Source: Candidatus Latescibacterota bacterium
GTDB lineage: Bacteria; Latescibacterota; UBA2968; GCA-2709665
Length of the DNA stretch: 64,000 bases
Direction: 5' to 3'
Assembly (NCBI GenBank): GCA_965203805.1
Contig: OZ241917.1
Location: 2,432,001 to 2,496,000, forward strand
Shown here: piece after piece, positions 29,162-38,094 of the stretch
Layout: every line of letters begins with the position of its first letter
How positions within the stretch are numbered: the stretch's first letter is position 1
Notes under the pieces: model-generated
The model's database searches: none
The model's input: only the letters and a program-made list of their open reading frames with translations
What the model was told of the DNA's origin: nothing
Translations under genes and position numbers: made by a program

Positions 29162-30661
29162 ATGACCCGCCGCTGCGCAGCGGCGTCACTTTGGATTCTC
29201 AAGGCCATTAAAGCCGCACCGATTCGCTTTTTGCGTTCGACCAACGCCCGGCTCTTCATCCTGGTCGCGCTCCTGACGCCCCCCGCGGTTGCCTGTTTCC
29301 ACCGGGTGCAGATGGACGATCCGTATATTACGTACCGATATGCGCGAAATTTGGCGGAAGGCCGCGGGTTCATCTATAACGAAGGCGAACGGGTGCTGGG
29401 AACCACGGCTCCTCTTTACGCCGTGATCCTGTCCCTGCCCGGCCGGATTGCCGGGGACTATCCGCTGTTCAGCACCCTTCTCAGCGGCGCCGCGCTGGGA
29501 GCGCTTGGGCTGCTGATCGGTCGCATTCTCGCCTGCTTCAATGAAGACACGGCGGGTTTCGTTGCCGCGTTTCTCGTGGTCCTGAATCCGTACCTCGGCG
29601 ACGTACTCGGCTTTGAACTGATTCTGTTCCAGGCGCTGATATTCGGCGCCTACGCCGCTTACTTTTCCAACCGCCCGTGTCTGGCGGCATTTCTGCTTGC
29701 CCTGGGCACGCTTACCCGCGGGGACGGGCTTGTGCCCGCGGGACTGATCCTGGGCCACCACCTGTGGACACGACGGCGGCAGGCCTTGCGGCCGATTCTC
29801 GTCTTCGCGATCGTTGTCGGCGGGTGGTCGATCTACGCGACCTCGACTTTCGGATCGCCGTTTCCGAATACGCTCGAGGCAAAGCGCGCCATGGGCGCAA
29901 GCGGGCTCTGGCGGTCGCTGTGGCATGGCGTCCTTTATACGGGCCGGCGATACCTTGAGTTGTCGCCGTTGTTTCTCTGGTTCGTCCTGCCGGCGCTCGT
30001 TGGCGCCAGACGGATTTTGAGTCTGGACAGGCGAATTCTGCTCATTGCGGGCTGGCCGGTATCCATCTTTCTCGGGTACTGGGCGATGGGCGTGCCAGCG
30101 GCCTACAATTATTATGCAGGGCTGGTGCCGCTCCTGATGATCCTGACCGCCCTCGGAACGGTCTCACTGACCGGTTGGGTCGCGGAACGCCGTCCGGTCT
30201 GGCGCGCTTATGGAGTACGGATAACCGCGCTGCTGTGCATTCCACTGGTGATTGCCGTGCTCACCCCCACCGTCAGGCAGTTGGGGCGGGAGCCTCAGCC
30301 GAGGTACACGGTCTACAAATCGGCGGGGGAGTGGCTTGCCGAAAATACACCGGCAAAGGCGTCTGTCGGAATGGTGGAAATCGGTATCGTGGGATTTTAC
30401 AGCGATCGGTACATCGTGGACCTGTGTGGTCTGGTCACCCCCACGGTTGGTCCCCACCTGGCAACCGGAGACGTCTCGTGGCCCGTCCGGACGTACCGGC
30501 CGGATTATATGATTCTGCACGATCCGTTATGGGCTTCGCTGGAGAACCCGATTGCGTCCGCACAGTGGTTCAGAGACGCCTACGAACGCGTCAGGACCTT
30601 CGACGGCCCCCGGCCCTACCGGCTTGCCGTTTACAAAAAAAACGACGTCGATTCTCGTTGA
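29162..30661 (+). CDS. GT-C fold membrane glycosyltransferase-like protein (start uncertain)
   Basis: DDPYITYRYARNLAEGRG.YN.GE.V.G.T, LTRGDG, FGSPFPNT and EIGIVGFYS..IVDLCGL motifs; many TM helices. Confidence 0.75.
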   Translation: MTRRCAAASLWILKAIKAAPIRFLRSTNARLFILVALLTPPAVACFHRVQMDDPYITYRYARNLAEGRGFIYNEGERVLGTTAPLYAVILSLPGRIAGDYPLFSTLLSGAALGALGLLIGRILACFNEDTAGFVAAFLVVLNPYLGDVLGFELILFQALIFGAYAAYFSNRPCLAAFLLALGTLTRGDGLVPAGLILGHHLWTRRRQALRPILVFAIVVGGWSIYATSTFGSPFPNTLEAKRAMGASGLWRSLWHGVLYTGRRYLELSPLFLWFVLPALVGARRILSLDRRILLIAGWPVSIFLGYWAMGVPAAYNYYAGLVPLLMILTALGTVSLTGWVAERRPVWRAYGVRITALLCIPLVIAVLTPTVRQLGREPQPRYTVYKSAGEWLAENTPAKASVGMVEIGIVGFYSDRYIVDLCGLVTPTVGPHLATGDVSWPVRTYRPDYMILHDPLWASLENPIASAQWFRDAYERVRTFDGPRPYRLAVYKKNDVDSR

Positions 30662-30738
30662 AAAAACAGGCGGGCGCCCTGCCCGCCGCGCTCGGTGTTC
30701 TGGTGGGTCGGATAATCTAAAAGAGGAGGAATCGCGAA

Positions 30739-31020
30739 ATGGGTGAAGCCCTTGGCATGATCGAAACCAGAGGTCTGGTGGCGATGATCGAGGCAACCGA
30801 CGCCATGGTGAAAGCGGCCAATGTGAAGCTGGTCAACTGGGAGAAGATCGGGGCGGGATACGTAACCGCCGTCGTCCGCGGCGACGTGGCCGCGGTCAAA
30901 GCCGCCACGGAGGCGGGCGCCGCGGCCGCCGGCAAGATCGGCGAACTGATATCCGTGCATGTCATCCCGCGCCCACACGGCAGTCTGGAAGACGTGCTGC
31001 CCATCGGCAAATCGTCCTGA
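30739..31020 (+). CDS. BMC hexameric shell protein (BMC-H, EutM/PduA-like)
   Basis: [33 protein letters not shown]; strong AGAGGAGG RBS. Confidence 0.97.
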   Translation: MGEALGMIETRGLVAMIEATDAMVKAANVKLVNWEKIGAGYVTAVVRGDVAAVKAATEAGAAAAGKIGELISVHVIPRPHGSLEDVLPIGKSS

Positions 31021-31037
31021 ACCCCTGAGCGTTACCA

Positions 31038-31343
31038 ATGATTCTGGGTAAAGTGGTGGGGACGGTCGTCGCCACCCAGAAAGACAGGGGCCTTGAAGGC
31101 TTCAAGCTCCAGGTCGTTCAGACCCTGGACATTCAGACCCTGGAGCCGGGAAGTCGTTTCCTGGTCGCCGTCGACGCCGTCGGCGCCGGAACCCAGGAAG
31201 TGGTCCTGTGCACAAGCGGCAGTTCCGCTCGCATGACGGGCTCGACCGAAGACCGTCCGGTGGACGCGGTCGTCGTCGCGATCGTCGATTCCGTCGAAAT
31301 GGAAGGCGAAACGACCTACCGCAAGGACACCGGTTCCTTCTGA
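31038..31343 (+). CDS. BMC pentameric vertex protein (BMC-P, EutN/CcmL)
   Basis: GKVVGTVVATQK, VAVDAVGAG, GSSAR and PVDAVVVAIVD motifs. Confidence 0.95.
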   Translation: MILGKVVGTVVATQKDRGLEGFKLQVVQTLDIQTLEPGSRFLVAVDAVGAGTQEVVLCTSGSSARMTGSTEDRPVDAVVVAIVDSVEMEGETTYRKDTGSF

Positions 31344-31354
31344 GTTTCGAATCG

Positions 31355-32791
31355 ATGAATATCAGCGAAGCACAAATAAGGTCGGTTGTTGAGGAAGTCG
31401 TCCGTACCCTGGCGCCGGAGAAGCGGGCGCCCGCGGTCGTCTCGTCTCCGGCCCGGCCGGCCGCAAACGGGGACGACGGCATCTTCGAACAACTCGACCA
31501 CGCGGTCGACGCGGCTGCCGTCGCGCAGCGGGGCCTGGAAGCCCTGTCGCTCGAAACCAGGCGAGGAATCATCGAGGCCATTCGGAAGGCGGCGCTGGAA
31601 CACGCCAAGGGCCTCGCGCAGATGACCATCGACGAAACCGGCATGGGCAGAATTGCCCATAAAATCCGGAAATTCGACGTGGTCGCCCGGCTCACGCCGG
31701 GCGTCGAAGACCTGGAACCGGTTGCCTGGACCGGAGACCGCGGACTGACCGTTGTCGAGCTGGCGCCCTTCGGCGTGGTTGCCGCCGTCACACCCTCCAC
31801 CCACCCGGTCCCAACGACCGTAAACAATGCCATCAGCCTCATCTCCGCCGGGAACGGCGCCGTATTTGCGCCGCACCCCGCCGCCAAAAACGTCTCCCTC
31901 CTGGGCATCCAGATCCTCAATCGGGCCATCGTCCACGCGGGCGGGCCCGCGAATCTCCTGACCGCGGTCCGCGAGCCCGGTATCCAGACCGCACAGGACC
32001 TGTTCGTGCATCCGAATATCGACCTGATCCTGGTCACGGGCGGGGGCGGCGTCGTCAGAGCCGCCATGCAGGCGCCGAAACGCGCCATTGCCGCGGGTCC
32101 CGGGAATCCTCCGGTGGTCGTCGACGAAACCGCCGACCTCGACACGGCGGCGGAGGGCATCGTGGAAGGCGGCGCCTTCGACAACAACATCCTCTGCATC
32201 GGCGAGAAGGAAATCTTCGTCGTCGAATCGGTTGCCGACGAACTCAAGCGTTCATTGCTATCCAGGGGTTGCGTGGAACTGGACCGCGGCCAGATCGACA
32301 GCCTGACGGGGCGTGCATTCACCGAAGGCGAGGGAGGCGAACGGAACGTCAACCGCGAATTCGTCGGCCGCAACCCGAATGTTCTCGCCGAGAGCATCGG
32401 CATGAACGTGCCGCCTGAGACCGAGTTGCTCATCGGTGAGGTGGAAGCCTCGCACCCCTTCACGCAGAACGAGCAGATGATGCCGTTCATTCCATTTGTC
32501 CGGGTACCCGACGTGAACACCGGGATCGAACGGGCCGTGGAGGCCGAACATGGCTATCGCCACACGGCTGTAATGCACTCCAGGAACGTGGAAAATATGA
32601 CGAACATGGCGCGGGCGTGCCGCTGCAGCCTCTTTATCAAGAACGGTCCGTCCACCGCGGGGGTGGGCGCGGGAGGCGAAGGATACACCTCATTCTCCAT
32701 CGCAACGCCCACCGGGGAGGGCTGCACGTCGGCCAGGACCTTTACCCGTCAGCGCCGCTGTACGCTGGTCGACTATTTCAGGATCGTCTGA
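31355..32791 (+). CDS. CoA-acylating aldehyde dehydrogenase (EutE/PduP-like) with N-terminal encapsulation peptide
   Basis: ETGMG, PFGVVAAVTPSTHP, VTGGGGVV, GPGNPP, FDNNILC (catalytic Cys) and TPTGEG motifs; start MNISEAQIRSVVEEVVRTL. Confidence 0.95.
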   Translation: MNISEAQIRSVVEEVVRTLAPEKRAPAVVSSPARPAANGDDGIFEQLDHAVDAAAVAQRGLEALSLETRRGIIEAIRKAALEHAKGLAQMTIDETGMGRIAHKIRKFDVVARLTPGVEDLEPVAWTGDRGLTVVELAPFGVVAAVTPSTHPVPTTVNNAISLISAGNGAVFAPHPAAKNVSLLGIQILNRAIVHAGGPANLLTAVREPGIQTAQDLFVHPNIDLILVTGGGGVVRAAMQAPKRAIAAGPGNPPVVVDETADLDTAAEGIVEGGAFDNNILCIGEKEIFVVESVADELKRSLLSRGCVELDRGQIDSLTGRAFTEGEGGERNVNREFVGRNPNVLAESIGMNVPPETELLIGEVEASHPFTQNEQMMPFIPFVRVPDVNTGIERAVEAEHGYRHTAVMHSRNVENMTNMARACRCSLFIKNGPSTAGVGAGGEGYTSFSIATPTGEGCTSARTFTRQRRCTLVDYFRIV

Positions 32792-32846
32792 AGTCCGGCG
32801 ACAACCAGGACCTCACACAGGGTCCGCTTTCAATCCCTCGGCTCGC

Positions 32847-33119
32847 ATGCAACTCGGTCGCGTCATCGGAAAAATCGTAGCCACCAGGAAAGACCCGGCA
32901 CTGACCGGCATCCGGCTGCTCGTTATCCGTCCTCTGGACCATCGCCGGAAGGATCTCGGCGATACGCTGGTGGCCGTCGACGTCGTCAGCGCGGGTCAGG
33001 GCGAAACCGTCTACTGGGTCTGCGCGAGGGAGGCGCCCAATGCCCTCCCTGAAAAATACGGACCGGTAGACGCCGCCATCGTCGGCATTGCCGACCGGAT
33101 CGATATCCGGAACGGATAA
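32847..33119 (+). CDS. BMC-P (EutN/CcmL)
   Basis: GRVIGKIVATRK, VAVDVVSAG and PVDAAIVGIAD motifs. Confidence 0.95.
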   Translation: MQLGRVIGKIVATRKDPALTGIRLLVIRPLDHRRKDLGDTLVAVDVVSAGQGETVYWVCAREAPNALPEKYGPVDAAIVGIADRIDIRNG

Positions 33120-33164
33120 AGCCGAAGAAGCTGTTTTGCGGTTGTCCTCCAGTCCCCGGTTTCC

Positions 33165-33443
33165 ATGATTCTCGCACGTGTGCTCGGCAGCGTTGTGTCC
33201 ACGCTGAAACATCCCGCCTACGAAGCCGCCAAGCTCATGGTGATCCAGCCCGTTCAGCCGGACGGCAGCGACCATGGCGACACCCTGCTTGCGGTCGACA
33301 CCGCGGGGGCGGGCGCGGGCGAGACCGTTCTCGTTCTCCGCCAGGGTGTTGCGGCCGCGCAGGTCCTGGGGGTGGATCGGCCGCCGATCCGCTCCGTTAT
33401 CGTAGGCATCGTGGACCAGATCTCGTGTGAGCCGCAGGCGTAG
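33165..33443 (+). CDS. BMC-P (EutN/CcmL)
   Basis: ARVLGSVVSTLK, LAVDTAGAG and IRSVIVGIVD motifs. Confidence 0.95.
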   Translation: MILARVLGSVVSTLKHPAYEAAKLMVIQPVQPDGSDHGDTLLAVDTAGAGAGETVLVLRQGVAAAQVLGVDRPPIRSVIVGIVDQISCEPQA

Positions 33444-33494
33444 ACCGGAACATCGGCCAACGGCGCCCGAGGGTCACCGCAAGGTCACCAGGTT

Positions 33495-34313
33495 ATGACA
33501 CTCCATCAGGCAAAGCTGGATATCGTGGAAGCCGGACGAAGGCTTTACGACAAAGGATACATCGTCGCCAGCGACGGCAACATCTCCGCACGCTTCGATG
33601 AAGGCCGCCTGATCGTGACGCCCGGCGGGTTATGCAAGGGGAACCTGGCCGTGGAGGATCTGTGCGTCTGTGACATGGAAGGCCGGAAGATCAGCGGGCG
33701 CCTCAATCCGTCCTCCGAAATAGGCATGCATCTGTTTCTCTACAGGGAACGGCCCGACATCAAGGCGGTTGTCCACGCCCATCCGCCCACGGCCACCGGA
33801 TTCTCCGTTGCGGGAATGCCGCTCACCGATTGCGTACTTCCCGAAGTCGTGATCACACTCGGGTCGATTCCCACCGCTGAGTACGGCACGCCGGGCGGCC
33901 CCGAAATATCCGAGCCGATACGAAAATACGTCAAGGACTACGACGCCTACCTGCTCGAGAATCACGGCGCCACCACCGTGGGTTCCGGCGTGATGAACGC
34001 TTATTTCAAAATGGAAACCCTGGAACACTTCGCCCGCATCCTGTTCGTCGCGCGTCAGTTGGGCGGCGCCAACGTCCTGAGCCAGGACCAGGTTGACAAG
34101 CTCCTTCAGATCCGCAAACGCCTGGGTATCCGGGGCCCGGATCCCGCGTGCATCGTGGGAACGGATCAATCCGGCGCCTCCGGCGCCCCTGACTCGCAGA
34201 TTCCCACCCTTCGCACGCGCAGCGCGTCGGCCCCGTCCGTCGGCCCCCAGCCTTCGGAGGACGATCTGGTCACCGAAATCACCCGCCAGGTGATGCAGGA
34301 ACTCCGCAAATAG
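33495..34313 (+). CDS. Class II aldolase (fuculose/rhamnulose-1-phosphate aldolase-like) with C-terminal encapsulation peptide
   Basis: DGNIS, SSEIGMH, VVHAHP and ENHG metal ligands; disordered linker then EDDLVTEITRQVMQELRK. Confidence 0.92.
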   Translation: MTLHQAKLDIVEAGRRLYDKGYIVASDGNISARFDEGRLIVTPGGLCKGNLAVEDLCVCDMEGRKISGRLNPSSEIGMHLFLYRERPDIKAVVHAHPPTATGFSVAGMPLTDCVLPEVVITLGSIPTAEYGTPGGPEISEPIRKYVKDYDAYLLENHGATTVGSGVMNAYFKMETLEHFARILFVARQLGGANVLSQDQVDKLLQIRKRLGIRGPDPACIVGTDQSGASGAPDSQIPTLRTRSASAPSVGPQPSEDDLVTEITRQVMQELRK

Positions 34314-34359
34314 ATCCGCGAGACGTGTTCTGTTCCGTAGCGCCCGATTCCCGCCGCCT

Positions 34360-35550
34360 ATGAAAATCCTCGTTGCCAACGTCGGCAGTACGTCGTTCAA
34401 GTACAGATTGTTCGATATGAACGACGAGACGATCATCGCCGAGGGACGCCTCGAGCGTATCGGCGACGCGCGGTGTCCGGTTGAACACCGCGCCGGTGGG
34501 CGGAAAGCCCGATTCACCTGTGCGCTTCCGGATTACCCTGCAGCGATCCGGAACGTGATGGATGCCCTCAACCGGGCGGGCGCAATCCGGGGGGCCTCCG
34601 ACCTGGATGCCGTTGGGTTCAAGACCGTACATATGCGCGGAGAACCCGGGGTTCATGTTCTGGACGACGGGATTCTCGAACGCATGGCCGAATACAACGA
34701 ACTCGCCCCGGCCCACAATCCGCCGTACATCCTTGCGATCAGGATCTTCCAGGAATTATACCCCGGTCTTCCACTGGTCGGCCTGTTCGAACCGGCATTC
34801 CACACCACCATTCCGGACTATGCGTACACCTACAGCGTTCCCTTTGCCTGGTACGAAACCTACGGCGTGCGAAAATACGGCTTTCACGGCGCATCGCATC
34901 GTTATATCTCCGAAAGGACCCCCCGGCTCCTCGACCGGCGGGGCGAGAGCCTGAACCTGATTTCATGTCACCTTGGCGGCAGCGCATCGTTATGCGCCAT
35001 AAAGGACGGACGGTCCGTCGATACCACCATGGGATTCTCCGCCCAGGACGGCATTATCCACGGCAACCGCAACGGCGCCATCGACCCGTTCATCATCCCC
35101 TTCATCATGGACCGCGAAGGCCTGTCTACGGACGAGGTCCGGCGAATCCTCACGACGGAGAGCGGTCTGCTCGGGATCTCCGGCGTCAGCGGCGATGTGC
35201 GCGACCTGGAAACGGCCGCCGCCGCCGGCAATCGACGGGCTGAACTGGCCATCGAAACTTTCTGTTACGGCGTCAAGACCGGCATCGGCGCGATGGCCGC
35301 GGCGCTTGGCGGAATCGATGCGCTTGCCTTCGCGGGGGGTATCGGTGAACGCGGGGTGCACGTTCGGCGGCGCATCTGCAGTGGCCTTGAATTCCTCGGC
35401 GTTCAACTGGACCCCGACAAGAACCGCTCAGGGCCACCCGAACGGCTGATTTCCGCTTCAGAAAGCCCGGTGAAAACACTGATTGTGACCACGAACGAAG
35501 AAATCATCGTCGCCCGGGAAACGGCCGCTTTACTAAAGGGTCATTCGTAA
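34360..35550 (+). CDS. ackA: Acetate/propionate kinase
   Basis: ILVANVGSTSFKY, LAPAHNP, RKYGFHGASH, CHLGG, DTTMGFS, GGIGE and TNEE motifs. Confidence 0.95.
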   Translation: MKILVANVGSTSFKYRLFDMNDETIIAEGRLERIGDARCPVEHRAGGRKARFTCALPDYPAAIRNVMDALNRAGAIRGASDLDAVGFKTVHMRGEPGVHVLDDGILERMAEYNELAPAHNPPYILAIRIFQELYPGLPLVGLFEPAFHTTIPDYAYTYSVPFAWYETYGVRKYGFHGASHRYISERTPRLLDRRGESLNLISCHLGGSASLCAIKDGRSVDTTMGFSAQDGIIHGNRNGAIDPFIIPFIMDREGLSTDEVRRILTTESGLLGISGVSGDVRDLETAAAAGNRRAELAIETFCYGVKTGIGAMAAALGGIDALAFAGGIGERGVHVRRRICSGLEFLGVQLDPDKNRSGPPERLISASESPVKTLIVTTNEEIIVARETAALLKGHS

Positions 35551-35569
35551 CCCACGGATCCTGGAACCC

Positions 35570-36994
35570 ATGATATCCTTTTTCTGCGGGCTGCTCTTCC
35601 TGCTTTCCGAACCCCTGCACGCCTTCGATCGGGAACTCTGGACCGCCTTTCCCAACATGAACTCGATTACGGCCGTGGCCGAAGGCAGCCAGTACATCTA
35701 CATCGGCACCCGGAGCGGAATCCGTCGTTACGACATCTACGGGGACCGCTGGCACAGGCCGCTGACCGTTCTGGACGGTCTGCCCGACAACCGCATTCGC
35801 GCCCTCGCCTACGACGGCAATACCGGCGACCTCTGGCTGGACACGCCGTCAGGGGCGGTCCGCTGGCTGACCCGGCTCGAAAGCGTTTCCTATTTCGGCG
35901 ACGACCCGCCCCCGCGCCGTCCGCCCGTGCCGATTCCGCCGGTCTATCTGCCTTTCGGCCACTTTCTTCAGGACGGCTGGATCCGGGGTCCGCGCAAGAG
36001 CTATCCCATAACCGCCACGCTGATGGACACGTGGCACACCCTGTGGATCGGCACCGGTGGGCTGGGCGTCGGCAAGGCGAACATGACAGACCGGCAGCTC
36101 GAATTCCACGCATTCGGCCCTCTCGACGAAAACATCAGCGCCATGGCCAGAGACGGAGACAGTATCTGGTTCGGGGGCAAAGGCGTTTATGGTATAAAGG
36201 AACAGGGAATCACACGGCACGACCTGTCGAACCGCACGTGGGAATACTTCGAACCGGAGGACGTCATGGGCCTCGACGAGGCCCGCGTCTCCACCATTCT
36301 GCCGGACAGCGATTCGGTCTGGTTCGGCGCCTGGAACGGCCTCATCCGGTACGTCCGCGACTCCGGACGGTGGACGACCTACCGCCTGCCCCGCCGGCGC
36401 GGGGTCACCGCACTGGCAAGGGCGGGAACCCGGCTCTGGATTGGCACGCAGGCCGGACTGGCCGTCTTCGATACGCTCGCCGACACCATCCGGTGGGTCG
36501 ACGGCAGCGAGAGATTCTCCATACTGGCCATGGCGGCCGGCGCCGACTATACCTGGGCGGGCACCCAACTCGGCATGTTTCGCTGTCCCGTTGGTGACGT
36601 GACCTGGACGCCAGTCCAAAGTCCCGGCGGGCTCACGTCTCGACCCATCAACGGGTTGGCGACGTGGAGAGACAGGGTATGGGCGACCGTTGAGTCGCCG
36701 TCGACGCTCATTCATCTTGCGCCGCCCGACACGGCGTGGCAACGATTCGCGCTCGCCGAGATACACGGAAACCGGCACGTTGCGATCGCGGCCGATACGA
36801 TCGGCGTCTGGCTGGGTACCGAAGTCGGCGCGTTCCGCTTCGACATTTCAACCGGGCTGTGGAGGCGTTACACGCAATCCAACGGCCTGATCGACGACCG
36901 CACGCAGGCCGTACTCCTGCAGGAAGACTACGTATGGTTCGGCACGGAGAAAGGTGCGAGCCGGTATAATTGGTCGCAGGACTTTTTTAGATAA
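35570..36994 (+). CDS. Secreted beta-propeller protein (Reg_prop-like repeats)
   Basis: Signal peptide; repeated LWIGTxxG / VWFGT blades; DGLPDNRI and NGLIDDRT. Confidence 0.75.
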   Translation: MISFFCGLLFLLSEPLHAFDRELWTAFPNMNSITAVAEGSQYIYIGTRSGIRRYDIYGDRWHRPLTVLDGLPDNRIRALAYDGNTGDLWLDTPSGAVRWLTRLESVSYFGDDPPPRRPPVPIPPVYLPFGHFLQDGWIRGPRKSYPITATLMDTWHTLWIGTGGLGVGKANMTDRQLEFHAFGPLDENISAMARDGDSIWFGGKGVYGIKEQGITRHDLSNRTWEYFEPEDVMGLDEARVSTILPDSDSVWFGAWNGLIRYVRDSGRWTTYRLPRRRGVTALARAGTRLWIGTQAGLAVFDTLADTIRWVDGSERFSILAMAAGADYTWAGTQLGMFRCPVGDVTWTPVQSPGGLTSRPINGLATWRDRVWATVESPSTLIHLAPPDTAWQRFALAEIHGNRHVAIAADTIGVWLGTEVGAFRFDISTGLWRRYTQSNGLIDDRTQAVLLQEDYVWFGTEKGASRYNWSQDFFR

Positions 36995-37051
36995 CTCGTT
37001 GTTTTTTATGTAAAAAATAGTGTGGATTTTTGAGAATAGCACAAAAAAAAC

Positions 37052-37080
37052 GTGACACGAACGGAAATTTTCTTTATCTT
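37052..37080 (+). promoter_or_regulatory. Sigma70-like promoter in AT-rich intergenic DNA
   Basis: GTGACA-17-TATCTT preceded by an A-tract. Confidence 0.5.
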
Positions 37081-37172
37081 TATTTATACATATAGTGTCG
37101 CTGTGGCGCCTTTACGTTCCAACACCGAATGGTCCTGATGAACTTCGCCCTAATTCATCTGCAGAGTTGACC

Positions 37173-37226
37173 GAAAGCGGCCACGCCGAACGCATCCGTG
37201 CGACCGGCGTGGCCGCTTTCCTGTTT
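37173..37226 (+). terminator. Strong hairpin in the 5' leader of the second BMC-H gene
   Basis: 16-bp perfect stem GAAAGCGGCCACGCCG / CGGCGTGGCCGCTTTC, an inner CGCA-TCCG-TGCG stem, followed by CTGTTT. Confidence 0.6.
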
Positions 37227-37252
37227 CCCAATTTCCCGCTCAGGGGCAGTCG

Positions 37253-37720
37253 ATGGCAAAAAACGCGTTAGGCCTGATCGAAACCCGTGGATTTACCGGC
37301 GTCGTTGAAGCGGCCGACGCGGCCGTTAAGGCAGCGGCCGTCGAACTCGCCGCTGTCGAAAAGATTGAGGGGGGCCTGGTTTCCATTCGAATTCTGGGCG
37401 ACGTGGGTGCAGTACAGGCCGCTGTACAGGCTGCCGCGGAGGCCGCGGAACAGGTTGGCCAGCTGGTATCCCGTCACGTGATACCGAACCCTCACGACGA
37501 TCTGGTAGACGTATTTGAGTTAAACGGCCCGCGGCCCCCGAACCGAACGCAGCCCGCCGCCTCCGCGAATCCGGACCTTGGCGGTCTCTCGGTTGTAGAG
37601 CTGCGCGGCCTGGCCAGACAGACGCCCGGTTTGCCCATCAGGGGGCGCGAGATTTCCCGCGCTACGCGCCAGCAACTGATCCAGGCGCTCCTCAGCGCGA
37701 ACGACAACGTCGACGAATAA
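37253..37720 (+). CDS. BMC-H shell protein with a C-terminal helical (Rho_N/HeH-like) extension
   Basis: ALGLIETRG..AADAAVKAA..GDVGAVQAAV..HVIPNPH, then a Pro-rich linker and DLGGLSVVELRGLARQ..ISRATRQQLIQALL. Confidence 0.92.
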   Translation: MAKNALGLIETRGFTGVVEAADAAVKAAAVELAAVEKIEGGLVSIRILGDVGAVQAAVQAAAEAAEQVGQLVSRHVIPNPHDDLVDVFELNGPRPPNRTQPAASANPDLGGLSVVELRGLARQTPGLPIRGREISRATRQQLIQALLSANDNVDE

Positions 37721-38082
37721 TGTCCAGGGGGTTCCGGATGGAAACCGATACGCTTTGGGAACGCATCAAGAGAGGAATCATCGACAGCGCGGCAACCGCG
37801 GCCCACAAGGCCGAACACCTGGGGAAAATTGGTCGCGCCAGGCTCGATATCGCGGGAACCCGTCACGCAATACACGAAGCGTTCGCCGAATTTGGCGGTG
37901 TGGTTTATGCCCACCTGTCCGCGGGCAACGAAAGCGGCGGCGTCCGGAAGGAGGAAGTTCAGGATCTGGTGCGGAGAATCTGCGAACTGGAGAATCTGCT
38001 GCAGGAACGGGAAACCCGTCTGAAGAAACTGAAAGCCGGCAACAGTGAGGAAGAGGAGGAGGCCGCGGAGGCGAAAACTTGA
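37720..38082 (+). CDS. Small coiled-coil hypothetical protein
   Basis: TAATG overlap with the BMC-H gene; amphipathic N-terminus (LWERIKRGI); heptad-rich C-terminus and acidic tail. Confidence 0.7.
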   Translation: MSRGFRMETDTLWERIKRGIIDSAATAAHKAEHLGKIGRARLDIAGTRHAIHEAFAEFGGVVYAHLSAGNESGGVRKEEVQDLVRRICELENLLQERETRLKKLKAGNSEEEEEAAEAKT

Positions 38083-38094
38083 CCTCACCGGACT

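Noticed and set aside
28333-35550. Calling the BMC a Pdu, Eut, GRM or carboxysome type
   Set aside because: No diol dehydratase, ethanolamine ammonia-lyase, glycyl-radical enzyme or RuBisCO is present; the signature enzyme is a class II aldolase.
37130-37180. CTGATGA...GAAA resembling a hammerhead ribozyme, or GATGAACTTCGCC resembling a fluoride riboswitch
   Set aside because: Hammerhead stem II does not close. The GGCGA pairing partner and the 3' conserved segment of the fluoride motif are absent.
37720-38082. Calling this McdB
   Set aside because: No adjacent ParA/McdA ATPase and no C-terminal aromatic motif; kept only as a weak adaptor hypothesis.
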